DNA of 64,000 bases from an uncultured Coriobacteriaceae bacterium (GTDB taxonomy: Bacteria > Actinomycetota > Coriobacteriia > Coriobacteriales > Eggerthellaceae). The notes under the pieces are model-generated. The model did no database searches, was not told the DNA's origin, and saw only the letters and a program-made list of their open reading frames with translations. The stretch lies in contig URRZ01000001.1 of NCBI GenBank assembly GCA_900550385.1, forward strand, positions 15,049 through 79,048, read 5' to 3'. Below, one piece after another: positions 1 to 9,274 of the stretch. Positions within the stretch are counted from its first letter, which is position 1; each line of letters starts with the position of its first letter. The position numbers and the translations under genes were made by a program.

Positions 1-4
1 TCGT

Positions 5-745
5 GTGGAGGGCTGCGAGGCAAGGCGTGGCGGCGGGGATCCGTGCAGCGAAGGGCGCCTTCGCGAAGCGGTAACCGCGATGGAAGGACCCCCTTCATCT
101 TCGCGGCCTTCGCCGCTTCCCGTCGACTCGGAGGGGCATGCGTCGGCTTCCTGCGGGCGGGGCACCCGCATCTTGGCCGCGCTGATGCTGGCCGCCGCTT
201 CCGGATGGGCCGTCCTGCGGGTTCCTTGGATCTTGGGATCGGAAGCGTCGTGCTCGATGCCGCTCCTTTCGCAGGCTCCGGCGGTTCGCTGCGGTGCGGC
301 CATCCTCTGCTGGTTCGCGATGTGGACGGCACTTGCGACGGCGGTGATCTGCGATACCTCGATGCGGCTGATCCCCCGCGAGACGTGCCTTGCCATCGGG
401 GGAGCGGGGGCGATCTTCCAGGGCGCGGCGGGCGGTGCCTCCGCCTTGGCGGCGGGCGCCGCATTCGCCCTCCTGTCGATGGCGGCATGCATCACCCTGA
501 ACGCCTGCGGCAGGCGCCTTCGCGGATCCCCCATGGTCGGAGGCGGGGACATCCGCTGCATGGCGGCGCTGTCCGTTGCGTCGGGGCAGATGGCGACGGA
601 GGGCTTCATCGCCTGCTTCTCCGTCGCCGCGGCGATCGCGATCGCTGGATGCGCGGCGGGGAAGTGGAAGCCCTCGACCCCGCTGCCGCTCGCGCCGTTC
701 TTCTGCCTTTGGCTTGCGGTCGGCGCCGGGGGGTCGACGATATGA
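5..745 (+). CDS. A24-family prepilin (type IV/Tad) leader peptidase. The start is uncertain and the gene may extend upstream of the window.
   Basis: The protein is polytopic and hydrophobic. It carries both Asp motifs typical of A24 peptidases: DTSMRLIP and GGGDIRCMAAL. Confidence 0.6.
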   Translation: MEGCEARRGGGDPCSEGRLREAVTAMEGPPSSSRPSPLPVDSEGHASASCGRGTRILAALMLAAASGWAVLRVPWILGSEASCSMPLLSQAPAVRCGAAILCWFAMWTALATAVICDTSMRLIPRETCLAIGGAGAIFQGAAGGASALAAGAAFALLSMAACITLNACGRRLRGSPMVGGGDIRCMAALSVASGQMATEGFIACFSVAAAIAIAGCAAGKWKPSTPLPLAPFFCLWLAVGAGGSTI

Positions 746-806
746 CGGGCGTTTGCCGGGCTCGGCGCGACGGCGCCCCGCCCGCCGGCAGCGTTTCGGG
801 GGAAAG

Positions 807-1151
807 CTAGGAGAGCGCCGCCTTGAACGCCTTCTCCGCCTCTTTCTGGAGCTTGGCGTCGATGGCGAGGTAGGTGTCGAGCAGCTTGTCGCCCTCTTCG
901 GTCAGCGTGCTTCCGTGGGCGCCGTCGCGGTTGAGCAGCTGGGTCCCCAAGGCGGCCTCGGTCTCCTTGATGATGCGCCAAGCCTTGCTGTACGCCATCC
1001 CCATCCCCTTGGCGGCCGCGTTCAGCGAGCCGGATTCGCGCACGCCGAGGCACAGGTTGGCGATGCCCCGCCCGAACACCGAGTTGCTCTCGGAATCGGG
1101 GTTGGTGATGGAGAGCCTGATGGTGGGTTTCAGGCTTGCGAGATCCTTCAT
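807..1151 (-). CDS. ModE N-terminal-like winged-helix regulator (small, 114 aa)
   Basis: The stretch SLNAAAKGMGMAYSKAWRIIKETEAALGTQLL resembles the ModE/LysR-type wHTH domain. There is no TOBE domain. Confidence 0.6.
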   Translation of the reverse strand: MKDLASLKPTIRLSITNPDSESNSVFGRGIANLCLGVRESGSLNAAAKGMGMAYSKAWRIIKETEAALGTQLLNRDGAHGSTLTEEGDKLLDTYLAIDAKLQKEAEKAFKAALS

Positions 1152-1197
1152 GTCCTCTCCGTTCTGTTCGTTCGTCTTGCGATCGTCGTCTTCGCGA

Positions 1198-2754
1198 TCA
1201 CGCGCGCCCGCGCAAATCGCTGGAAAAATCGAGGGTTGCCTGCTCTATGCCGTCGACGGTCCCGTCGATGACGTCGGTGAACCGCACGGGGATGTCGTCG
1301 AGCTCGGCGAGGCCGCTCGGCACCGCCGACCCCGTCTTCTCGGCGATGAGCTTGTCCAGCTGGCATCCCGTGAGGGCGGCGATCTCGGCGGGCAGCTCCT
1401 CGCCGGGGGCGATGCCGTTCAGCGCGCGGTAGACGTCGGCGCCGAACTTCGCCCAGTGGGCCGTGCTGACGACCAGCAGGGGGTTCGCCCCGCGCAGGTT
1501 CTCGCCCGCCTTCCATGCGACCGCCGTGTGGGGGTCCAGCAGGTAGCCGTGCTCGTCATGCACCTGCTTGATGGTCTCCAGGCAGGTCGCGTTGTCGATG
1601 GAATCCGCGCGGTACGCCTCGCGCAGGCGGGAGAAGGTGCGCTCGTCGACGCGGAAGCGGCGCTTCCCGCGCAGGTCCTCCATCCATCCGTCGATGGCGG
1701 CGCAGTCGCGCCCCGTGATCTCGAACAGCTGGCGTTCGAGGTTCGAGGAGACCAGGATGTCCATGGAAGGCGACGGCGTCAGGACGAACTCGCGATCCGC
1801 GATATCGTAGGTTCCCGTGTTGATGAAATCGGTCAGCACGCGGTTCTCGTTGCTGGCGCAGTACAGCATCTCGATGGGGCATCCCATGCGCTTGGCGTAG
1901 TACGCCGCCAGGATGTTGCCGAAGTTCCCCGTCGGGACGCATACGTCGATGGGGTCGCCGGCGGGCACCTTGCCCTGGGAGACGAGCTGCGCGTAGGCGG
2001 AAAGGTAGTACACGATCTGGGGCATGAGGCGCCCCCAGTTGATCGAGTTCGCGCTCGAAAGCGCCATCTTCGAGCTCGCCATCAGCTCGGAGGCGAACGC
2101 CTCGTCCGAGAAGACCGCCTTGACGCCCGTTTGGCAATCGTCGAAGTTGCCGCGCACGCCCCAGACCTTCACGTTGGCGCCCCTTTGGGTCACCATCTGC
2201 TTGCGCTGGATGTCGCTCACGCCTCCGTCGGGGAACAGCACGCCGACGGCGGTGTGCTCGACGTCGCGGAACCCCTCGAGCGCGGCTTTGCCGGTGTCGC
2301 CCGACGTGGCGACGAGGATGAGGAAGTCGTGGTCGATCCTCCCCTCGGCATGCAGCTTGGTGACGCTCGCCGAGAAGAAGCGCGGCAGGCATTGCAGGGC
2401 CATGTCCTTGAACGCGCTAGTGGGGCCGTGCCAAAGCTCCAGGACGTGGGTGGTCGCCGAAAGCGTCGAGACCGGGCAGATCTCCGGAGTGTCGAAGTTG
2501 CTCCCGTACGCCTGCTCCATGAGCCTGTCGACCTGATCTTCGGGCAGGTCGACTTCGAACGCCCGGTACACGGCAGCCGCGCGGCGGGCGTAGGGCATAT
2601 CCGCCAGCGAGACGATCCGGTCCATCGTCAGCTGCGGGATGCGCTCGGGAACGTACAGGCCGCCTCCGGGGGCCAGCCCCCGCACCACCGCTTCGGTGAA
2701 GGTCGCCTTCCCGGTCGCTTTTCCTCGCGTGTCGAGATAGAGGTTGGGGTTCAT
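1198..2754 (-). CDS. thrC: Threonine synthase (long form)
   Basis: 518 aa. It has the N-terminus MNPNLYLDTRG..GGLYVPE, a PLP-enzyme body, and the SGDTGKAA motif region. Confidence 0.9.
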   Translation of the reverse strand: MNPNLYLDTRGKATGKATFTEAVVRGLAPGGGLYVPERIPQLTMDRIVSLADMPYARRAAAVYRAFEVDLPEDQVDRLMEQAYGSNFDTPEICPVSTLSATTHVLELWHGPTSAFKDMALQCLPRFFSASVTKLHAEGRIDHDFLILVATSGDTGKAALEGFRDVEHTAVGVLFPDGGVSDIQRKQMVTQRGANVKVWGVRGNFDDCQTGVKAVFSDEAFASELMASSKMALSSANSINWGRLMPQIVYYLSAYAQLVSQGKVPAGDPIDVCVPTGNFGNILAAYYAKRMGCPIEMLYCASNENRVLTDFINTGTYDIADREFVLTPSPSMDILVSSNLERQLFEITGRDCAAIDGWMEDLRGKRRFRVDERTFSRLREAYRADSIDNATCLETIKQVHDEHGYLLDPHTAVAWKAGENLRGANPLLVVSTAHWAKFGADVYRALNGIAPGEELPAEIAALTGCQLDKLIAEKTGSAVPSGLAELDDIPVRFTDVIDGTVDGIEQATLDFSSDLRGRA

Positions 2755-2930
2755 TCTGCTCCCATCGGCTTCGATCCATTATCCGTTTGCAGTATACATT
2801 GGAGCAGGGGGGATGGAAGCCGGGAAAAGCGTATGGGGCGAGGAAGCGGCGTCGGCGCCCGTTTCCCCGCATCGGCGCCGACGTGCACCTCGGCGCCGGC
2901 GTGCACCCCGTCGTCTCGGCGCCGCCGCCG

Positions 2931-3344
2931 TTAGACCAGCTTGCCCTCGCAGTGGTCCATGGCATGCTGGACCGCTTGCGCCGCCCATCCGGTGAACTTG
3001 CGCTTGCGGGGCTCGAGCTTTCCCCCCGCGAGGACCTCGTAGGAGACGCGGATCATCTTGAAGCGCTCGACGACGCTGGGCTCGTCGAGGCTGAGGCACT
3101 CCTCCACGGTCGAGAAGCGCTGCAGGCCCGATTCGAGCTTCGGGTTGTACATCACGAACGTGCGGCCGTTGTCGTTGTAGGCGATGATCGCCTTGTCGGA
3201 GCCGATCTGGTTGGCGGCCAGGCATGCCGCGTCCGCGGACCTCAAGGTGTCCACCAGATCCTCGCCGACCTGGGCGTCCTCCGCCGTCGCCGCCGCGGCG
3301 GGCTTGCTCAGCGCTTCGGTGTCCTTCACGATCTCCCTGATCAT
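2931..3344 (-). CDS. def: Peptide deformylase
   Basis: The motifs GLAANQIG-like (LAANQIG), EECLS and HAMDH are present. The start was moved to the internal ATG at 3344 (MIREIVKD), because the upstream part of the ORF is non-homologous. Confidence 0.85.
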   Translation of the reverse strand: MIREIVKDTEALSKPAAAATAEDAQVGEDLVDTLRSADAACLAANQIGSDKAIIAYNDNGRTFVMYNPKLESGLQRFSTVEECLSLDEPSVVERFKMIRVSYEVLAGGKLEPRKRKFTGWAAQAVQHAMDHCEGKLV

Positions 3345-3559
3345 GGCATGCTCGATTCTTCTCGGCCATGCGCTCGCGCATGACGTGCCTTCGCGCCGCC
3401 GTCGGGCGCCCCTTCCGGCGAGAATGATAGCAGACGCCGACGGCGCGCCGAAATCTTGCATGAGAAAAAAAGTTAACGAAGGCTTCCATTTTTCTGTCGG
3501 AAGCGCTATGATCCAAATGTTGCATACAGCTAACACTAGGAGAACGCTAGGAGTTCGGC

Positions 3560-3856
3560 ATGGGAGAATCGGTTGCCGCGATGGCGAAAGGAAGGGCGAT
3601 GGGCGCGCAGGCGCAGGGGAACGACCGGGCTTGGAGGCAGGTTCCGCTGCCGTTTCTGAAATGCGGCCAGGATGCCTCCATCGTCAAGATCCGCGGCAAG
3701 GAGGACCTGCACCGCCATCTGGAGAGCATGGGGTTCGTCCCGGGCGCCTCCATCAAGGCGGTCTCCGAGGTGTCGGGCAACGTGATCGTCGAGGTGAAGG
3801 GGACTCAGGTTGCCCTGAGCAGGCAGGTTGCGACGCATATCGTCGTCGCCCTGTAG
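3560..3856 (+). CDS. feoA: FeoA-domain protein
   Basis: SH3-like FeoA pattern (IVKIRG..LESMGFVPGASIKAV..VEVKGTQVALSR). An AGGAG Shine-Dalgarno site lies 5 nt upstream. Confidence 0.8.
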   Translation: MGESVAAMAKGRAMGAQAQGNDRAWRQVPLPFLKCGQDASIVKIRGKEDLHRHLESMGFVPGASIKAVSEVSGNVIVEVKGTQVALSRQVATHIVVAL

Positions 3857-3892
3857 CCGCACGTCGGCAAGCCCGCATGCGCGGGCGAGGAA

Positions 3893-4162
3893 ATGGAAGC
3901 ATCGGATGGGGAAAGGATCGAAGGAATGGCAGAGGCTTCTGGCAGGACGCTGCGCGATGTGCCCATCGGGCAGACGGCGACCGTGCGCCGTCTGAGCGGC
4001 GAGGGCGCGACGCGGCGCCACATCATGGACATGGGAATCACGAAGGGCGTTTCGGTGCAGGTGCATAAAGTCGCCCCGCTCGGCGACCCGATCGAGGTGA
4101 CGGTGCGCGGCTACGAGCTCTCGCTGCGCAAAAGCGAAGCGGAGTGCGTGCTGGTCGACTAG
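3893..4162 (+). CDS. feoA: FeoA-domain protein (second copy)
   Basis: The sequence GQTATVRRL..RRHIMDMGITKGVSVQVHKVAPLGDPIEV matches the FeoA pattern. Confidence 0.8.
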   Translation: MEASDGERIEGMAEASGRTLRDVPIGQTATVRRLSGEGATRRHIMDMGITKGVSVQVHKVAPLGDPIEVTVRGYELSLRKSEAECVLVD

Positions 4163-4286
4163 GCGCTGCTGTGCGCCCGCGCGAACGCGGCGCATCTGCG
4201 CCTAATTTTTCGGAGTAGGGTTAGACATTGTTAACTTTCCTTCCCGCGCAACGGACGGGGGAAGGCTCGATAGGAAAGGATGGAAC

Positions 4287-6635
4287 ATGGGCGTGCGCAT
4301 TGCCCTTGCCGGCAACCCCAATTGCGGCAAGACGACGATGTTCAACAGCATGACGGGCGCCAACCAGTACGTGGGCAACTGGCCGGGCGTCACCGTCGAG
4401 CGCAAGGAAGGCCGCTACACGCGCGATAAGGAGGTCGCCATCGTCGACCTGCCCGGCGTGTACTCGCTTTCCCCGTATTCCCCCGAGGAGATCGTGACGC
4501 GCGACTTCCTCCTGGAGGGCGGCCCCGACGCGGTGATCAACCTGGTCGACGCCACCAACCTGGAGCGCAACCTCTACCTGACCACGCAGATCCTGGATCT
4601 GGGCGTTCCGGTGGTGGTTGCCCTGAACATGATGGACCTGGTGGAGAAAAGCGGCGACAAGATCGACGTCGACGCGCTGTCCCGCCAGCTGGGCTGCCCC
4701 ATCGTCCCCACGTCGGCGCTGAAGGGCCGCGGGCTGGACGAGCTCATCGCCAAGGCGAAGGAGGTCGCGGCCGCCGGCACGCTCGCCGCGCCCCAGACGA
4801 GCTTCGACGCCGCAGTCGAGGAGGCTATCGGCAAGGCCATCGACGTGCTGGGCGATCGCGTGCCCGCCAACGTGCGGCGCTGGCATGCCGTCAAGGCGCT
4901 CGAGGGCGAGCAGCGGACTTTGGACGTCTTGAAGCTGTCGGAATCCGACCTGGCCGCCATCGCCGCGGTGCGCGAGGGGCTGGAAGACGCGTTCGACGAC
5001 GACATCGAGAGCATCATCACCTCCGAGCGCTACGGCGCCATCGCGCACGTCGCCGACGCCTGCGTGAAGCGGTCGGCGAAGGGCCTCACCACCACCCAGA
5101 AGATCGACCGCGTGGTGACCAACCGCTGGCTGGGCATCCCGATCTTCGTCGTGGTGATGGCGTTCGTGTACTGGCTGGCCATCACCATCGGCACGGGACC
5201 TGTGACCGACTGGGCCAACGACGGCATCTCGGGCGACGGCTGGCTCTACACCGGCGGCGCCGCCTACGAGGAGGCCGTGGGCGCCTGGGAGGAGCAGGTC
5301 GCCGCCGCCGAGGAGGCGGGGGATGAGGCTCTGGCAGCGCAGCTCGCCGAAGCCGAGCCCGATCCTTCAGAGTTCGGCCTGTTCATCCCCGGCTTGACCC
5401 CGATCGTGTCGGATGCCCTCACCGCCGTGAACTGCGCGCCGTGGCTGCAGAGCCTCGTCGTCGACGGCGTCATCGCCGGCGTGGGCGCGGTCATCGGCTT
5501 CATCCCGCAGATGATCATCCTGTTCCTGCTGCTGGCGTTTCTGGAGAGCTGCGGCTACCTGGCGCGCGTCGCCTTCATCATGGACCGCATCTTCCGCCGG
5601 TTCGGGCTTTCGGGCAAAAGCTTCATCCCCATGCTCATCGCATCGGGCTGCGGCGTGCCCGCCGTCATGGCCACCAAGACGATCGAGAACGAGAAGGATC
5701 GCCGGATGACCATCATGACCACCACGATGATCCCCTGCGGCGCGAAGATGCCCATCATCGCGCTGGTGTTCGGCGCGATCGCCGGCGCCGACGCGGAGGG
5801 GACCTGGTGGATCACCCCGCTGTTCTACTTCCTGGGCGTCGCGGCCATCATCGTCTCGGGCATCATGCTCAAGAAGACGCGCATGTTCGCCGGCGAGGCG
5901 TCGCCGTTCGTGATGGAGCTGCCGGCGTACCATCTGCCCACCGTCCGCACGGTGCTCATGTCCACGTGGGAGCGCATCAAGAGCTATGTGGTGAAGGCCG
6001 GAACGATCATCTTCCTGTCCACGATCGTCATCTGGTTCCTCATGAACTTCGGCATGTACGAGGGGCAGTTCGGCCTGCTCGATACCGAGGTGCCCGACTA
6101 CATCCAATACAGCCTGATGGCGGGCGTGGGCAACGCGATCAGCTGGATCTTCGCGCCGCTGGGCTTCGGCGATTGGCAGGCGACGGTAACTTCCATCACC
6201 GGGCTTGTGGCCAAGGAGAACGTCGTGGCGACGGTGGGCATCCTCACCAGCCTCGACGCCAGCGAGACCGACCCCACCACCTGGGCGACGTTCGCCGCGA
6301 TGATGGGCGGCATGACCCCCGCGATCATGGCGTTCTGCGCGTTCAACCTGCTGTGCGCGCCGTGCTTCGCCGCCATCGGCACGATCCGCCGCCAGATGGA
6401 GTCCGCCAAGTGGACCTGGTTCGCCATCGGCTACATGACCGTGTTCGGCTGGTGTGTGGGCTTGATGTTCTTCCAGTTCGGCGGGCTTATCACGGGCGAC
6501 GTGCAGTTCAACGTCTGGACGGTGGTGGCCATCGCCGTGCTGGCAGCGATGCTGTTCCAGCTGTTCCGCCCCATGCCCAAATACGACGATGCGGCGAAGG
6601 CGGGCAAGCTGGCTGCGGAAACCAGCGCAGCGTAG
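4287..6635 (+). CDS. feoB: Ferrous iron transporter FeoB
   Basis: It has an N-terminal G-domain (GNPNCGKTT) followed by a large polytopic permease. 782 aa. Confidence 0.95.
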   Translation: MGVRIALAGNPNCGKTTMFNSMTGANQYVGNWPGVTVERKEGRYTRDKEVAIVDLPGVYSLSPYSPEEIVTRDFLLEGGPDAVINLVDATNLERNLYLTTQILDLGVPVVVALNMMDLVEKSGDKIDVDALSRQLGCPIVPTSALKGRGLDELIAKAKEVAAAGTLAAPQTSFDAAVEEAIGKAIDVLGDRVPANVRRWHAVKALEGEQRTLDVLKLSESDLAAIAAVREGLEDAFDDDIESIITSERYGAIAHVADACVKRSAKGLTTTQKIDRVVTNRWLGIPIFVVVMAFVYWLAITIGTGPVTDWANDGISGDGWLYTGGAAYEEAVGAWEEQVAAAEEAGDEALAAQLAEAEPDPSEFGLFIPGLTPIVSDALTAVNCAPWLQSLVVDGVIAGVGAVIGFIPQMIILFLLLAFLESCGYLARVAFIMDRIFRRFGLSGKSFIPMLIASGCGVPAVMATKTIENEKDRRMTIMTTTMIPCGAKMPIIALVFGAIAGADAEGTWWITPLFYFLGVAAIIVSGIMLKKTRMFAGEASPFVMELPAYHLPTVRTVLMSTWERIKSYVVKAGTIIFLSTIVIWFLMNFGMYEGQFGLLDTEVPDYIQYSLMAGVGNAISWIFAPLGFGDWQATVTSITGLVAKENVVATVGILTSLDASETDPTTWATFAAMMGGMTPAIMAFCAFNLLCAPCFAAIGTIRRQMESAKWTWFAIGYMTVFGWCVGLMFFQFGGLITGDVQFNVWTVVAIAVLAAMLFQLFRPMPKYDDAAKAGKLAAETSAA

Positions 6636-6750
6636 CTGCCGCCCCCGGCTCGGCGGGAAATGAGAAAAAGGGACGGAGGATTTCTTCCATTCCCGATGCG
6701 GCGAGGGTCGCGGAACCGCACGCGACTCTCGCCGCCCGCCAGCCTGCGAT

Positions 6751-6777
6751 GCGAAAAGGGGACAGTCGCTTTTTCAC
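6751..6777. repeat. A/T-flanked palindromic hairpin (GAAAAGGGGAC-AGTC-GCTTTTTC family). Possibly the feoB terminator.
   Basis: The sequence is an imperfect palindrome flanked by an A-tract and a T-tract. It belongs to the same family as the copies at 41038, 41071, 48133, 50535, 51768 and 53796. Confidence 0.6.
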
Positions 6778-6885
6778 ATCCCGATCTGGCGCCCCGCTTG
6801 CGGCATTCCCTCGGGATGCGGAAAACGACGGACCTTTCCGCATCCCGGATGGTAGTATCTGATCCAAAGAAAGAAAGGCTATCCC

Positions 6886-7131
6886 ATGGCTCCGCTCGAT
6901 ATGAACTTCTCCACCGCGGTCGTGCTGCTGATCCTCGCAGTGCTGGTGGCGCTCGCCGTCCGACGGATGATCGGGCGCGGGCTGTGCGATTCGGGAGGGT
7001 CGTGCGATTGCTGCCACGGCGGCTCTCCCGAGGGCGGTTGCAGCGGCGGCTCCCATGCCGGCGGCTGCCCGACATGCTCGGCGGTCGACAAGATGGTCGC
7101 CGACATGGAGAGCGCGGCGAAGGGGAAGTAG
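6886..7131 (+). CDS. FeoB-associated Cys-rich small membrane protein
   Basis: 81 aa, with one N-terminal TM helix and then a Cys/Gly-rich tail (CDSGGSCDCCHGG..GGCPTC). It sits directly downstream of feoB. Confidence 0.7.
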   Translation: MAPLDMNFSTAVVLLILAVLVALAVRRMIGRGLCDSGGSCDCCHGGSPEGGCSGGSHAGGCPTCSAVDKMVADMESAAKGK

Positions 7132-7680
7132 GGAACGGCTGCGGGAAACCGGCCGATGCACCTGCTTTGCGAGATCGAACGGAAGGGGCGCTGCCGAGCG
7201 AGGCGGCGCCCCTTCCGCTTTCCATGGCAGGGAAGCGCCGCGCAGGCGCGGCCATGCGGGGGTGAGGCGCGACTGGAAAGCGCGCAGACGCGACCAGGCG
7301 GAAGCGGGGAGAGGCCGGGCGCCGACGGGCACCCTTGCTTGTGGAGAAATTGTAAACCAAAGGAAACTTCTTGATCCGGCAAGCAAGTTAACCTAATATA
7401 ACAAATGTCAGCAGGGCACGCGAAACCCGGACGCACGATAAGTTCGGCGGGATCATCCCGAAGGGTTTTCCGGAAAAGCGTCGGAAGCGGTGCCCGGACC
7501 TCCTCTTCTAGCTGACTCGGCGGCGAAAGCTCTTCTCGTCTGGCTCTTCGTCGCAACCCGATGCCGGCGAGGGCCCATCCCCCCTCTCCCTCGCCGGCCT
7601 TCAACATGTGGTACGATTCCCCCTGATTTCGACTCGCAGCGCGCCGCACGGCGCGGAAGGGGGCGGTCTTCTTGGAGAAG

Positions 7681-8055
7681 ATGTCCAAATCCCACGAGGA
7701 TTACCTTGAGGCCATCGTCATGCTGGGCGGCACGGACGAAGCGCCCGTGCGCTCCGTCGACGTTGCGGCGAAGATGGGGGTCTCGAAGGCGTCGGTGAAC
7801 AAGGCCGTCAACTCCTTGAAGGAGAAGGGCCTGCTCGACCAGCCCTACTACGGCGACATCACGCTCACCCCCGAGGGCTTCGAGTACGGTTCCGCTGTGC
7901 TGGAGCGCCATCACCTGCTGTTCACGTTCCTCACCAAGGTGCTGGGCATCCCCGCCGAGCGCGCGGATGAGGAAGCGTGCATGATGGAGCACGCCATCAG
8001 CGACGATTCCTTCGAGAAGTGGAGCGCCTACATCAAATCGCTTGATCTGGATTAG
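7681..8055 (+). CDS. DtxR/MntR-family metal-dependent transcriptional regulator
   Basis: The N-terminus SHEDYLEAI, the HTH VAAKMGVSKASVNKAV and a dimerisation helix are present. The ATG at 7681 is preferred over the TTG at 7672. Confidence 0.85.
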   Translation: MSKSHEDYLEAIVMLGGTDEAPVRSVDVAAKMGVSKASVNKAVNSLKEKGLLDQPYYGDITLTPEGFEYGSAVLERHHLLFTFLTKVLGIPAERADEEACMMEHAISDDSFEKWSAYIKSLDLD

Positions 8056-8176
8056 ATGTTCTTTGTCGCCGTCCTGCCCCGGCGTATGCTATCCTTATCA
8101 AGTTAGATCGAAAGCGATCGACCCCGGCATTAACCGAACCAGAAACAGACCACGATGCAGTTAGGGGCGCTTTTCA

Positions 8177-9274
8177 TTGACTCGCCAAGCCACCATTGTA
8201 TCTTTCGACGATGCGAGGCGATCGAGCCGCGTGGCAAGGTCGCGCGCTTCCCGCCCTTCAGGCACCTCCTCTCGGACCTCTTTGGCCGACAGGCCCTTGG
8301 TGTTCATCGATCCGGGCGTCGGAGCCGATTTCGTTTCGCCTTTCGCCCGTCGTGACGCGCAGGCCTCCGCGCGCCCTTCGGCCCTCGCGGGCGGAAGGGC
8401 CGCCGTCCCCATGCGCGAGCGGGGCGGCTTCCCGTCCGAGGCATCGGCATCCGCTCCGAGGGGGAGGGCTTCCTTCGCCGCCGCCCCGTCTCGGACCTCC
8501 TCGGCTTCGGCCGCACCCCGCGCCCGCACCGCCTCGCGCGGCGCCGATGGCCGCAGGGGCGCTCCCTCGTGGTACGATGGCCCCGACGAGCGCGCCCTGC
8601 GCGAGGAGCAGGCGCGCCGCGCCCAGGTGCGCGAGGAGGCTCGCGAGATCGAAGACGAGGCCCAGGACCAGAAGAAATCGCTGAAGGATCGGCTGGGCAA
8701 GGCGCTGGCGAAGCGCAAGGCGGACAAGGTGTTCGGCGCCCAGGACGGCGCCCCGACGGGCGAGGGCGGGCCGCGCGCCGCCCTGTACAAGGGCGAGATG
8801 GGGTCCTCCCAGCGCCGCGCCTCGCGCATGCAGGCGGGCGAGGGGCCTTCCGACGGCAAGCGCGGGAAGGCGTCCGCGCGAAGGGGCTTCCGCCTCGGCC
8901 CCAGGATGCGCGTCTTCGCGGCATCCGTCGCCTGCTTGGCCTTGGTGTGCGTGTTCCTGTACCAGCCCGCCCGCCAGGCGTACCAGGCGATGCGCGAGCA
9001 CGATGCCCTGGCGGCGGAGTACGCCGCCCTCCAGCAGCGCGGCGATGCCTTGCAGACGAGCGTCGACGTGCTCTCGACCGACGAGGGCATGGAGGCGTTG
9101 GCGCACGAGCAGTTCGGCTTGGTGCGCGAAGGCGAGGTGTCCGTGAGCGTCGCGGGCATCGAGAACGACTCGGAAGTGGGCCCGTCGGTTCCGCCGAACG
9201 TCCCGTCGGGCGGCGTTGATGCGCCCGACACGTGGTACTCGGGCATCCTCGACCCGCTCTTCGGGGTCGGATGA
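8177..9274 (+). CDS. Septum formation initiator (FtsB/DivIC-like) with a long disordered N-terminal region. The TTG start is uncertain.
   Basis: The C-terminal part has one TM helix followed by a coiled coil (QAYQAMREHDALAAEYAALQQRGDALQ..EALAHEQFGLVREGE). Confidence 0.65.
   Translation: MTRQATIVSFDDARRSSRVARSRASRPSGTSSRTSLADRPLVFIDPGVGADFVSPFARRDAQASARPSALAGGRAAVPMRERGGFPSEASASAPRGRASFAAAPSRTSSASAAPRARTASRGADGRRGAPSWYDGPDERALREEQARRAQVREEAREIEDEAQDQKKSLKDRLGKALAKRKADKVFGAQDGAPTGEGGPRAALYKGEMGSSQRRASRMQAGEGPSDGKRGKASARRGFRLGPRMRVFAASVACLALVCVFLYQPARQAYQAMREHDALAAEYAALQQRGDALQTSVDVLSTDEGMEALAHEQFGLVREGEVSVSVAGIENDSEVGPSVPPNVPSGGVDAPDTWYSGILDPLFGVG

Noticed and set aside
2871-2912. Alternative hairpins and direct repeats (CGGCGCCGA-cgtgcacc-TCGGCGCCG, repeated GTGCACC) between def and thrC as a threonine attenuator
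   Set aside because: There is no leader peptide ORF with Thr/Ile codons and no T-tract. The structure is most simply a GC-rich def terminator hairpin, and the evidence is insufficient for an attenuator call.
874-2934. A 686-aa + strand ORF
   Set aside because: It lies entirely antisense to threonine synthase (1198..2754, - strand), which has clear family motifs. Its Arg/Gly/Ala/Val/His-rich composition is typical of shadow ORFs in high-GC DNA.
3465-7400. Possible DtxR/IdeR-type operators (GTTAAC-containing motifs at 3472, 4216-4235 and 7387-7396)
   Set aside because: Each site matches only half of the remembered TTAGGTTAGCCTAACCTAA-type consensus, for example GTTAACCTAA at 7387. By a rough calculation assuming about 65% GC, GTTAAC should occur several times by chance in 64 kb. 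That is not enough to call operators without a proper matrix scan or footprint.
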